Source: a virus
Lineage: Duplodnaviria; Caudoviricetes
Strand: one strand, 5' to 3'
IMG/VR virus record: IMGVR_UViG_3300030376_005300
Location: 36,987-100,986 of that record
Length of the DNA stretch: 64,000 nucleotides
Part shown: in pieces, positions 1-12,300 of the stretch
Position numbering within the stretch: the stretch's first letter is position 1
How the letters are laid out: each line of letters opens with the position of its first letter
The notes under the pieces: generated by a model
Seen by the model: the letters and a program-made list of their open reading frames with translations, nothing else
The model's database searches: none
Told to the model about the DNA's origin: nothing
Position numbers and translations under genes: made by a program

Positions 1-1
1 C

Positions 2-181
2 CTTGCGCTTGCGTTCACCCTTGAAGCCGAGTTGGCCGTGGAAGCGCAGGTAGTTGCAGAACGAACACTGGTGGATGACTACCTTCTCGCCGCTGATGTA
101 ACTGCCAGCGATGCAGAGAGGCAGAGCGATACGGTTGCAGTTCTCGCACTTTTGCTTGAACAGGTCTACGAATTGACTCAT
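2..181 (-). CDS. Small zinc-finger protein, 3' end truncated by the window edge
   Basis: Manual translation MSQFVDLFKQKCENCNRIALPLCIAGSYISGEKVVIHQCSFCNYLRFHG...; two CxxC pairs; ATG overlaps the upstream stop (TGATG at 179-183). Confidence 0.6.
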   Translation of the reverse strand, partial: MSQFVDLFKQKCENCNRIALPLCIAGSYISGEKVVIHQCSFCNYLRFHGQLGFKGERKRK

Positions 182-1374
182 CAACTCACCGCGTGCAGGT
201 CTACCTTGTGCCAGTTCGCACCATCGTAGATGAACTTGGCATACTGGTTAATGGCAACATCCACATTGATTTTGGTACTGGTACTGTGCCCACCACTCGT
301 TGAATCAAAGTGAAGCGTATGAGAGCCTGCTTTGTGATAGACTTCAACAACATGACCAGCGCCAAACGCACCGGTCGGGTTGATGGTACGGTTGTTGTCA
401 GTGGTCACAATCCACACATTGGCTTGGTCAAAGGTGAAGGTGACATTCCCACTTGTCGTGACAGTCTCAAGGCGGTTTGGACCGAGGACATAGGTGTTAG
501 TCACAGGTGTAGTGTTGAGATTTCTCGGCACTGACGCATAAATGGCACCATGCTTGGCACCTGCTACATCTTCCCTGTGCGTTTGCCAAATAGCACCGAA
601 TGTACTTCCGCTAAGGTCGCCGTCTTCCGGGCTGGCGAAAAAGCCGTCTACACTGGTCAGTGCATTTGAAGTGGCAACATCGCCAACAGAGCCCTTGGTC
701 ATGGGCGTCAAATACAATGGAGACGAACGAATGTAAGTTCGCCGGTCATGAATAGTTGGCGTTGTGCTGAGAGACGCAGTGACACTACCTGCTCCACCAG
801 TCATAGCGTAGCGTAGCACACCGATGACGGTATGCTGGTGATTGGCATCCGTATTACCAGTGATGCTTGTACTTGAAAGAAAACGGTTGGGAATTAGAGG
901 CGTACCGCTACTGGGTGCGGCTGGCGTTCCCATTTCGTACATCAAGTGAGCCTCGGGTGTACTTCTGCCAACGAGATAGACAACGACAAAGACATCGCTG
1001 TTGCTACCGGGGACGCTCGGCAAATCGCCGCTGTGGTTTGCTCCACTCCCCGTCGTGCCCACGATAAACGACTCGCTTGCACCCGGTCCTCCTGCAAACT
1101 TGTAGAGTACACCGTCAAGTGTACAGAATCCTCCGTAGACCTTGATTTCACCTTGGGATGAACCAATCTCAATGAAACCGGGCGTGTTGGAAACGATGCT
1201 GTTTCTCAGCGAATCGCCTCTTGCTCCGTCACCTAACCTCATAATACCGTTGCCGTGAAGGCCTTCGTAGAGGTTCGTCAGGCTGGGACTCGTAAGGCCG
1301 TCGCCATCTCTCAATCCTTGGGCATTGGTGCCCATTGCACTTGCGCTTGTGTGTCCTGCTTTTGGGTTCGTCAT
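181..1374 (-). CDS. Virion structural protein (baseplate/tail-fibre-associated), 397 aa
   Basis: G/S/T-rich beta-type composition; C-terminal FIYDGANW ending typical of fibre/baseplate proteins; ATGA-coupled at the end of the tail operon. Confidence 0.55.
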   Translation of the reverse strand: MTNPKAGHTSASAMGTNAQGLRDGDGLTSPSLTNLYEGLHGNGIMRLGDGARGDSLRNSIVSNTPGFIEIGSSQGEIKVYGGFCTLDGVLYKFAGGPGASESFIVGTTGSGANHSGDLPSVPGSNSDVFVVVYLVGRSTPEAHLMYEMGTPAAPSSGTPLIPNRFLSSTSITGNTDANHQHTVIGVLRYAMTGGAGSVTASLSTTPTIHDRRTYIRSSPLYLTPMTKGSVGDVATSNALTSVDGFFASPEDGDLSGSTFGAIWQTHREDVAGAKHGAIYASVPRNLNTTPVTNTYVLGPNRLETVTTSGNVTFTFDQANVWIVTTDNNRTINPTGAFGAGHVVEVYHKAGSHTLHFDSTSGGHSTSTKINVDVAINQYAKFIYDGANWHKVDLHAVS

Positions 1375-1727
1375 ACTGTCACCTCAATAATGGCTGAAAA
1401 TTGGAGTTCGTTGTTGCTTGTTTTTTGCACCGAGTTGTAAGTGTAGCGCATAAAGTCGGTAGTGTCGGTAGAATCGCTGGGACTCTTGTACCTGATAACG
1501 ACTTCCCTCAAAGGGCGGGTAAATGAAGTGTCTAAAGCCAGTTTCGCTTCTACGATAAGCGTGCTGTCATCAATGACTCTCACAGTGGGCGTCACCACTA
1601 CGGCAGGACTACCGATGCCTCCGTCCTCTTGCGTGGCTACTGTACCGTCAAAGCCGAAAACGACCTCGTTGATTCGTGCTTTTAGCGTGTCAATCAAAAA
1701 TCTCGTCCCTTCGTTCAATAGCGGCAT
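1371..1727 (-). CDS. Small baseplate/tail protein, 118 aa
   Basis: Position in the tail operon; beta-rich pattern (GFDGTVA...LREVVI...VQKTSNNELQFSAIIEV); SD GAGGA upstream. Confidence 0.55.
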   Translation of the reverse strand: MPLLNEGTRFLIDTLKARINEVVFGFDGTVATQEDGGIGSPAVVVTPTVRVIDDSTLIVEAKLALDTSFTRPLREVVIRYKSPSDSTDTTDFMRYTYNSVQKTSNNELQFSAIIEVTV

Positions 1728-1728
1728 A

Positions 1729-3387
1729 TCATCCTCTCCTATTCCCTAAGAAATAACTGTGTACAGCACCAATTTTCAGGTGATTGTTGAGTGCTTCGGC
1801 TGAGTCAGACAGCAAAAAGAGTTCGTCGTTGTTGGCTACTTTGTGCACGCTGGCCGATTTGATGACAACAGTAGTGGCCCCAACGGAAGCGAGGTGAATA
1901 TGTCCCAGTTTGTTTCCATTGGCGGTATAGACGGCTTGGTTGTCAGTGGCAAAAGCGGAAGACGCCGAGGTACCGTCTACGGTGAATGAAGTTGTCCCAA
2001 TAGCATAGCCACCGCCGTTGTTGATGAGCACACCTGTACCTTGTAACTGTTGAGAGCCGTTGATAGTGTTCCGACGAGTCAATCCGATGGTGTAGCCCAC
2101 GCCACGATTCATGTCCTCGCGCTCAGACAATTGCCAACTGACTCGTACCTTGAAGCCAAACGAAGTAGAGAACTCCTCTACGGCAAACTGCCTGTTACGC
2201 TCTTCGCTGGCGTCAGTGTTGCCGCTGACATCAATTTCTTGGAAGCGTTGCAATACATCTTCCAGCGTCACATCTACTGAGTTTACATGCAGTTCGCTGG
2301 TTTTGTCGTTGAGATTGATGCGACTGCCGAGGACGATGTAACGCTCATTGTCTGTTCTCGTTTGATACGACACCATGTCGCCGGGGTGCATGTGGCTGGC
2401 GGCAGTGACATCCACCAGTCTGCGACTGCCCGTGGCGTTCTTCGCCATCTTGAGCATACGCCTTCCTATCGTCTTAGCACTCGCCTTGGTCACTGCCGTA
2501 GGTGCGTGGATGCCACCCGGTACCTCGTTAATACCGTTCTGCTGTCTGCCAAAGTCGTCAACTTGCACGGCGTTGTTTTGGTTGTTCGCTCTTGCTTTAC
2601 CACGCACAACGACACGGTTTGGTGTATTCTCACTTATCTCTGTTATAGAACCACCAAGAACTCTGTTCTCACCTACGAAGTGTTCACGCTCAATGTGATT
2701 CTGAGGGAAATAGCACACATTTCCAAAGCGGTCGGATTTGGGACTGTAGCCGTCATGCTTGGACAGATAACGCAGTGCTGTGTACGCTTCTACGCCTAAG
2801 AAGTCTTGAGCCAAGAAAGTCAGGCTGGGCGTGCGAGCCCGCACACCGTTGATGCTACTGGTGTTCGCTTTGGCGACACGGTGAGCCAAATCAGAAGTCC
2901 GCAAGCCTACGCCAACTTTCTGAGCAAAATGGATGGTTTTGTCGGTGAAGCCGATGGACTTGAGATTGCGACCCTTGAGGTTCTCCAGCCTGAACCGTGT
3001 ACCTTTGGTAGCGTCTTGGATTTGCGATACGACGAGGGCTTGGTCGTTGTTCTCAGCGCCCACCACGAGCGCAGGTAGCGTGCTGGCAGTCGTCACCTTG
3101 TCCCCGTCAAGGAACAACGCCCCTTCGTAGCGAACACTGTCCGATGGGTTGTGAAGCAAACGAATGGTATCTTCCTCTTCAATCAACTTGTAACGCTTCT
3201 CCGTGGTCGGCATAAAGTCCGATTGCGTAGGAGCGTTGACGACAAAGCCAGCGGCAGTCTTGGTGTACTCACCGTGTCGCACAGCGTTGTCAACGAACCG
3301 TGGTTTGCGGATAACCTTCATGACGGAATCCTGAGCGGCATCAAAACGACCCGTTGAGAGATTCTTGCCCAATGCCATGTTGCTCAC
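1729..3387 (-). CDS. Baseplate hub / tail-tip (Tal/gp27-like) protein, 552 aa
   Basis: Hub-like pattern AYTALRYL...DRFGNVCYFP...PNRVVVRG...HPGDMV; located downstream of the giant tail protein. Confidence 0.55.
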   Translation of the reverse strand: MSNMALGKNLSTGRFDAAQDSVMKVIRKPRFVDNAVRHGEYTKTAAGFVVNAPTQSDFMPTTEKRYKLIEEEDTIRLLHNPSDSVRYEGALFLDGDKVTTASTLPALVVGAENNDQALVVSQIQDATKGTRFRLENLKGRNLKSIGFTDKTIHFAQKVGVGLRTSDLAHRVAKANTSSINGVRARTPSLTFLAQDFLGVEAYTALRYLSKHDGYSPKSDRFGNVCYFPQNHIEREHFVGENRVLGGSITEISENTPNRVVVRGKARANNQNNAVQVDDFGRQQNGINEVPGGIHAPTAVTKASAKTIGRRMLKMAKNATGSRRLVDVTAASHMHPGDMVSYQTRTDNERYIVLGSRINLNDKTSELHVNSVDVTLEDVLQRFQEIDVSGNTDASEERNRQFAVEEFSTSFGFKVRVSWQLSEREDMNRGVGYTIGLTRRNTINGSQQLQGTGVLINNGGGYAIGTTSFTVDGTSASSAFATDNQAVYTANGNKLGHIHLASVGATTVVIKSASVHKVANNDELFLLSDSAEALNNHLKIGAVHSYFLGNRRG

Positions 3388-6300
3388 TCTCCGCTATGGT
3401 CTCCGGTGTTATAACTTGCATCACCCTTGCTACCCTTTGGGTGCAGGGTCTGACTGAATCTCGGCTGAACTTCATAGTCCCCTTCCTCGTCGTCCGTAGA
3501 GCGACGGCTGGCGTCAGAACGGAAGTGTTCCAGCGTGTTCTCTGACATGACCATACGGGCCACTGGAGAGCGCACATCGGCCTTGTCGTAGCCACTGACC
3601 TCAACGCCCTGAATCTTCGGCCCTTGGCTGTCAGGGACGGTCGTACTGCTCGTCGGGACCACGCTGTACACTGGGGCGTACGGAGGACTGCTGGGCGTAC
3701 CTGTACGGGCCGAAGGTACATCGCTCGTGAACATGCCGTACTTTCCGCCGGAAGTAGCCCTGTAGAAGTTTGAGCCAGTCTGCGGACCACCTGTGTTGAG
3801 GAACGCTCGGAACATTTGACTGTGCTTGTGGTCAAGACCGTGAGCAGGTCGGTAAACGAATTGAATTGTACTGTCGGCGTAGTTGATGTTTTCAAGCGCG
3901 GGGTCATGGTTGGCGTCTTGATATGGGTTGGACGAAGAAGACGCTCCTGCCTTGCCCCATCCTTTGACATCAAGGACACCAGCGTGCTTGCTCCATTCCA
4001 TGATGTAAGTGCCACCGAGTGCCCACATAGCGTGAGCGTTGGAGTGCTTGACCACGCCCGTCACAGGCTTGTCTGACCAGTTGAGAGCGGTCATGTCCAA
4101 ATCCTTGAGCGTGCGACTACCAACATCGTACGCACCTCGGATGTTGGTGCGCTGTCCCACTTCCTTGTCGGTGTGAAGACTGTGAGCCTCTGTAGACATG
4201 ACAACATACTCACGAGACACGCCGTCGTTAAGTTCAGCCAGTGTGTCCACATCCAGTCCGATACGAACATCGTTGCGAGACACGGGTTCTGCTCCTCTGT
4301 CGTCAGCGTTGACCGTTTCGGTCGCTTCGCCAACATGTGCAGATGACTTGAGCAGACCGTCGTCTGCGTTGAGGTCAACACGGTCACTGATACCGCGCTC
4401 AACCTCACCATCTTGCAGAGCAAGATTACTAGGTCTGACGAGCCCTTGTCCAAGGATTGGTTCGGCGGTGCTGTGACTGAGGACGAGGCCAGTAGCGTCG
4501 TGCTTTTCGCTGACGGCCATGAGTAGACTTTCGTTGAACACTGTCGGCCAGCGTACACCGCGACCATCACCACGGTCACCAACTCTGAGGGCGCTCGCTG
4601 GGTTGAACCAGTCCACTTTGCTCATATTGGATGCGTTGTTGTTGTCGCTGTTGGTGTTCCCGCTGTAGCGGTCGGTACCGTCTCCGCCAAACAAATCATG
4701 AGCGGCAGGGCGATGCGTGACATTCGTATCGGCATAAGCGTCTTCGGGGTCCCAAGAAGGTCGCAGGCCGAATCCACGCACAGGGAAACGCCTGACATCT
4801 TCGCCACGGGTATTGCCCCACCAGTCAACCATGTAGTGGCGATGAGCCTTGGCTAACTCTTCTACACCTTGTCCAGCCTCGTCATTAGGGTACATGCGCG
4901 TCGTCGTAGACGCATTTCTCAGTGTCCGTACAGGGCACCCGAACGGACCCGTCATACGACGACCGTCGCTGTAGCGCACTTGCCTGCCAATTTGGTCTTG
5001 CCCGAGGAGGCTGGAAACCTGTGTGATGCGTTCTAAAATGCCGATGTTCATAGCGACAATATCTTCATCGCTTTCTCCTGAATCGCTTCCGACATAATCC
5101 CATCCGTTTGTCTTGGAGTCGTGTTGGATAAGAGGTCCGTGATAGTAGCCAAGCATAGCATTGCTGTTGGCCACTTCAAGCCAGCCACGGACATATGGTG
5201 ACCAGCGCGGACGGTTGTACAGTTGGCGCACGCCCATACGGTACCCGAAGCACCGGTTTCTGTCGTTGGGCAAAGACAGCGTAGCGACCCCTGTAGAATC
5301 CTGATAAGTCTCGCAGTCCATGCCAAAGGTATCACTGCCCCACCCAATCAGTGAGTGACCATAGGACTCCAGTCGGCTAACAGCACCGCCACCATGGCTA
5401 CCCCCTCCCCAAAAGCCGAAGAAGTTGTATTTGTTTGAACCAAGTGTACCTCCTTGGTGACTGAGTGTGCCCGCACCGTCAAGTAAAGCATCTATTTCAG
5501 CGGCTGTGTATACTTTACCAGTATCACTCGCTTCGGCAACATACTCTGCTACTCGGACTTGGTTGATGTCTTTGTCAGTGTGTATGCTACAGGCGTACAA
5601 TTTGGTTCCGTCCGAGTTCCAATCAAAGCCTGCAATTGAAGCATTGACAGTGCTTCCCCCGTCTATTCGTTGTCCGAGGACGGTTCCGATATTGACACTT
5701 GACACAAATGACTTAGTAGTCATATCAAAAGGAGTAGACAACGCAAACTCGGCTAACTTAGGACTGGAGCCAGCGTAATAGGAAATGAAAACCTTTGTAC
5801 CGCCGGGTTTGAATCGTATGCATGTCATTTGCTCTATTGTATCTCCATCGTCATCGGATACCGCCAACGACACCGTACTTGTTGAAATGGAAGAAGTGAT
5901 GTCGTAATTTGTACTAAGGGTGCTCACCTTTACATCAGCGCCAGCACTCGTCACTATGTACATCACGCTACCGTCATCGTTGAACGCTATTCCTTGAGTA
6001 GCACCAAAGGAAACGATGTTCAGTGTAGTGGTTGCCGAAACAGAAGTAATGTCAAAAGGTGTAGAAAGAGTCTTCCTTTGTAAATAAGGAGAAGCCTGTC
6101 CTACGATATACACAGAATTGCCACCGTCACCGAAGCAATTTCCTCTTGGACTTTGGTTGTTGACTGAAAGTTCATCCGGCGTTGCTGTAAAATCGGGCAA
6201 AGAATTTTGGTCAAAGGTATAAGCCTTTAATTTCTCACCACTTCCGGGTTCTGTCGTAAGTATCATCTTGGTCGGAGAAATCATCAATTCAACCAATGGG

Positions 6301-9300
6301 TCGGTTCCAGCACTGGTCACAGCGTTACTGCTGAGTTCCGAAAGAGTGTACGAGTTGTCTACGGCAGGGGCTATCCACTCCATTCCCAACGCAAACGGTC
6401 CTTTGCTGGCAACATAATTGAAATCGTGATAGTGAACTGTTTCAAAATGCTCAGGCACATGGTTGTACGGTTTTTGATTGACAGGTGCATCGGCCACACC
6501 CGTGTTAGCGTAAAACCCTCTGCTATTGTCGTCGCTGTACCAAGTGAACGGACGACCGAGATTAGGATGCCACATGCAAAGGAACGCGTCAGCCGCCTGT
6601 AAGGAGTTCGTATCGCGACTTCCGTTCGCTAACTGTGGTAAGTTCCTTGTCATTGCACTACTTTCAGAACTCAAAAACAGTGAATCAGCATCGTCGTTAT
6701 CATAAGGCGTAGTGAGCCGTAGGATAGTTCCTGCGCCTAAGTTGGCCCAAAACTCAGCAGTACCTGACACTCCCGAGAAGGTGTCACTCTCACCAAGCGT
6801 AGCGTGAGCAAGCGTCCCTGTACGGTTGGTGTAAGTAGCCGTGTAGCGTATACCGTTTTTGAAGTACACCAAGTTTTCACCGTAGTAGGGTTGCACAGGG
6901 AACAAGGCGTTGTCGTCAACGACGATGGTATTGGAATCGTTGTCACTGATAACGATGCAGTTTGGATTAAGGCTCCGTACTCGCTTATGTGGTTCGTAAA
7001 TGTCAAGGAAACTTGTAGGGTAGCCAGCGAGTGTCAATTGTGCTCCGACAGAACCGTAGTTGGCTCTGCACAGTTGGTAATAGTTGTCAGGCTTGTGCCA
7101 CTCAAGGTGCTTGAACTTGTCAGCACTGGAAGAGGTAGCACCATCTTTGTGCAATATACCCCACCAAGGTATAGTCAATGTTCGGCCCGGAGTTGACGAC
7201 TCAAACATACCGGGGCGATATGGCAGACTTCGCCGTGTAAGCGAAGGACTTGTACTTTCTTGTACACCCAGTGGATTGTACAAAGCGAGCGGTGCCAAGT
7301 TGGTAAACTGACTACCAGCATCCGGCTCAATATCCAAAATGACTTCGTTGAGTATGACTTCGCATCCTCGTACATCGGCCATCATGGCCTCTGCAAGAAT
7401 GAGAGCATAAGCCCCTCTCGTACTCATGTCCTTTTCAATGGCAATTACAGTGTTGACTTGTTGACCGGTAAGTTCTGTGACTTTAGTTCCACCTTCGCTT
7501 GGTGCTTTATTTTCAGTGCTGTGATTAAGATGGAAACCTTGTAGTTGTTGCTTGAACACATTCGGCTGAATGATAATTTGATATGCACCTACTTCAAGAG
7601 GGTCGGGGAAATGATTGTTCAAGGTATAAGTGTTAGCCGCTTCAAGGACAAGCGTGTGACCTCCTTGCGAGTTGATGGTACCTGCGTTTGAACCTGCACT
7701 GGCGGCTATACCGTAACCCTCGTACTTTACCTTGGTCTCTGTCAGCAGTGTAAATCCTCCGCCGTGAATGTCGCTGGGACCAAACGGTGCTGATGGAGTA
7801 GAGAACCAAATAAGCGGACCTCTGCCATATCCGTTATTTTGCAATGTAGAGGTGGTAGATGTTCTCGTACCCTCCAACGGACCAATAAGCCCTGTGTCAA
7901 CGGACTTATGATTGGAACTCTGACAAGCGGTGTTGAGGTCGTACAGTCGCTGGTAAGCAGGGTGAGCGTAGTGTCCGGGCATCAACGCCATGGTAGCGTT
8001 GACATGGTGATGTCCCATTCTTGGTATAGGCATTGGCGTCATTTTTGGTTTGGTCAGGTTGGTGTAGGCTGTGGATGTTGCCGCCATGGCACCAGTGTTC
8101 GCAGGTAAATTGCTGTAAAGCGTGAACCAATCAATGGATTTCATGTCAGGACTGGCACCGCTGTACTCTGCGTGGTCTCGTAAGCGCCTTGCCGCAAACA
8201 GCCTTGTTGAACCTGCGGGCATGTAGTACGATGGGACAACCTTGAGTCCAGTCTTTCCAGTCACGAATGACACAAAGTCGGGACTGTAGACGACACCTGT
8301 GAACTTGTTTGTACCTATTCCTGTGTACGAAGCGATAACACCTTTATCGGTCGCCGGGTCGTAGACGCGTAAGAAATAACGACCTCCACTTTGTTCGTTT
8401 GAATCTGTCCAAGTAGCGGCTTCGGGCGTAGACCCGACTGTAATTTCAGTACCACTGTAACTGGTGTAGTTCAGTTCGTCAACATCGTACCGATGCGTCA
8501 TAGACACGCCCATGCGAGTGACATGGAAGAAGAGACTTCGGTCGTGTGGCTCATAGGCAGAGTCAAGAGGAGCGTTATCGGTATGGTCAGCCCACCCCTC
8601 AGATGTAGACGCTGGGAACTTCAAACGACTGTGACTGGTATCAGACGAAATGTCGGACGCGTCTTGACTGAGATGCTCCCATCCGTTGTTCTCCCATGTT
8701 GGAAACAGTCTCGGTCCCGGCTGTAAGTTGCCGAACATTGACTGGAGTTGAGCACTCGCTTGAGCAGGGTGTTGCAAGCCTCCGCTACCTACAGTTTCGT
8801 TTTGATAAGCCTGCAAGCGGTCAAACCCTGACCTGACTACGATGTTGCCGGGAATTTCATCAGGATTAGGCAAGCGGATTTTGAGGTTTGGATTTACACC
8901 TGCACCTGCGAGAGCAGGAGCGAGGCCTTCAATGTCACGGTCACTGATATGTCGGAAGTCCATAATCACTGTTCCGAGCGGGCTACCACCCTCCAATCGG
9001 TGTTCTTGTCCAGTGTCGTCAATGACGCTGACGCTTTGAAATTGAATGTGTTCATTGGGAATCAACAGAGCGTTTCTAATTTCAAGCGGGTGCTGTTCTG
9101 CTAATTGAGGATGCGCCAACTCCTGTGCCTGAATGATAGGGAACATGGCGGCGTTGGTTGTCTCAAACGAAAACCGGTTGTTGCCAAGGATTTTTTCTCC
9201 AACTAATTTGTATTCACTGTTGTCCTTGCGCTTCGTCCACGGTATCATTCCGAGTCCACGAGCGTTGACAGCGGGCATGGTCACACTGCCGCCGTCCATG

Positions 9301-12300
9301 CGTTTCCACACGACATGCTCCGGCAAGAAATTACGAGCCGCACTGCGCTCGTTGTAGTAGTTGTACAGACCTTTGTAGGGCGTTGCGGCGATGTCCAAGT
9401 AGTCGTATTGGTCACTAATTCCTATACATTCAACACCGTATGTACCCCTGTCCTCGTGGAAAGCCGAGTTCTTCACAACAGACTCGTCCCAAAACAAATC
9501 ACCGGTTGGATAATTACAAGCGTTTGCTCGTACCATGTCACCGCTTTGGATGGTGCGATGAAGTTGCGCGTCAGTAGGGGCACTGCCGACAGCAGGGTAG
9601 TCACTGCTGGTCGTAGGTAATGAAAAACCAGTGTGAACTTGCGCTTCTACATGCGGACCAGCAGTAGCCGTACCGACATACCGGTCTTTATTGTGTACCT
9701 TCCCAGTATCCCAAGCCACTGTACCAGCGTGTTCAATGTTACCCGTCTGCCCAACATGCAACCAGTCTCCCATACCACTTACACCATTTTTGTCAGCCTT
9801 CGCAATCAACGGTAGTTCGCTTTCATGAGTGATGGCTACGAGGTGACGACTGGCAAGACCGTCTACACAGTAGTCTTCGTAGAACGAAACAACAGCACTC
9901 TCTCCTGTGAGTTTACTGGCGGGACTTGAGCCGCCAACGCAAGTCTCTGCGGCTCCGTAAGGGTTGAAACCTAAGAACGGATGCCACGCTCCTAAACCAG
10001 CAGGGTGTAAGTTGGCACCGATGTCATTGGTAGCCTCGTACGAGTTGAGATAAGAATATGCTTCACCATGCCAACCGACAGCGCCGACCGGCTTAGTTCT
10101 ATCAACTGCATCTTGGAATCCACCAAAGTGAACCTGAGTCATGTGGTCTCTTCCCGTTCCCGACGCCGCGTTATTGAAACGATGAGTGCCAGCCTTGGCC
10201 CAAACATACGCTTTGAAACTTGTATCAGGAGTGATTGCACTGCGCGTTTGAGGATTCACAATGTTGGTGTTAGAAGTGATGGCGTTCTTTGCGAGCGTAA
10301 ATGTGGTGTTTGGTGCCGATATACTCTGTGAAATGTAAGGTGCGAAGCCAGCGTTAGCACCGTCGCTGACTCTTAACCAGCCATAATCAGGGAGCGTTGT
10401 TGCTGTACTGGTGACTCTCAAAGAAGCAGGTGTCCCGCTGTTTTCGGCTGTGTACTGGTTTACCTCTAACTCTACCCAACCGTAGCGGTCTTGCTTGTGA
10501 GCGTTCTGCATGCTGGGCATAAAGGTACCACCTATTGCCTTCAATGGGTCTTTACCGGGGAAGGTATTGATAGCGCCGCTGAGGACTGCGCCCAGTTCTT
10601 CGGCGTTCTGACATCTTGTAGCATCTACGACGACAACATTATCATCCAAGATTTGGTTGTCGGGTGAGCCTCCGTAATAAGTGAGGTAAGCCTTAGCGAG
10701 AAGACCAGCAGGGCGGAAAGCACTTGTGTTGTGCTTCGCACCGCTACCAGTTGACAAGAACGCACTCGCCGCATGGTTCTTGGGGTTCTTCCGTACATGG
10801 TCGTCAAGGAAGTGACCGCCGGGATGGTACCCTCCGTCCATGTGCCAAACGACAGAAGACTTCCTTGTAGTCGCATGACTCCCACTCCCAACAGCGTTTC
10901 CGCTAATGTCGTCAAAGACATGACTGAACGGGTGATAGTTTTTCGGAAGGCCAGTTATGGCACCTGCTGTACCTTCGTAGAAAAAGGCCATGGATTTAGT
11001 TTGCGAGTATGTGCGAGAACTGGAAGCGTTGACATTTGGGAAACCCTTTGTCGGTTGCCAATTCATAACATAGTTGAAGCCTTGAACATTGTTCTTTTGG
11101 AAGAAAGTAGTCATAGGTAAATACGCTAACGCTCCGCCTCTGTTGAAACCACTGTGCTCTGTAGTGTCCCCGTTGGCCAATTGATTTGGCAAAAATGAAT
11201 CTTTGGCAGTGTTCCCTCCAAGGTAAATTGGTACAGCACTGTAACCGTTACCAGCAGTGACTATGTTTGCACCTTGCGGTTCGGTCGTTGCTGTATTATG
11301 CGGAAAGGCCTGCCCCGGTCCGAAAATCATGTAAGTAGTCGCATCGCCTGTACTACCGTCATGCCTGTAACGAGCATGGGCATGGGCGAAACGCAAGATG
11401 ACAGGGCTCGGGACATTAGCATGAACAGAATTACTACCATCGGTGTAATCCAAGCCTGTCACCTTGCTGTTAGCACCTTTGGTCATATCAAACGGTAGTA
11501 TGGCATCTTGATTGAAAAACGGAGGATGGTTTTGTCCTTTGTGCTGGTCAAGGTACACTGTTCCGGGGAACATGGCCATCATGGCATTGGTATCAAGCAG
11601 TGCGAATGACCCAGCGATTTCTCCTACATTTTGGAAACCAGCAGAGCCAGTGGGTCCATTGGCGTAAGGATGTGTGTAGAAATCAGAATAATCGTTCTGT
11701 GTACCGTCATTGATGTCCGTTACCACGCCGCTAAAACCGCCACCGAAATAGAGTGGGACATAATGGTCAGGACTGTCTCGTCCGCCTCGGAAATACAGGA
11801 ATGGGCTGGAGTTTTTACTACCGGCTATTCTTACACCATCTATTTGAGAAAAGTCGCGATAAGTAGAGTTCCGCTTCCAAAGTATGTCTCCGCCTGCTGG
11901 GTTAGGGAACGCTACAGGATTGGTGCTCTTACTTTCAATCGTGACTACTTCTTCGGGGTCGGCTACACCTGCCTTGCTCCTCACTCTTGCCCAAGCGTTA
12001 CTGCTGTGCCAAACAATAAACGGCTCGCCCCAACTGTTAGCAGTATCAGACGCAGGCTTACCAAGCAACGCCCACGATTCGTTTGTGGCTACACTGATGT
12101 CAGGGTCAGAGAAGGAGTGTACTTCAACACAAGGAGAGTCCACTCGTGGAATGATGTGGTCACCTGCAATGTCGGTGAAATTCTCCCCTCTCAGATTTTT
12201 CTGCCAGTCAATGATGTCTACTGTGTTATTCTGACTATCAACAAGTACAGGGGTCGCTGTATTTGCATTGGTCCCTCTGTATTTTGTACTAATATGCAAG

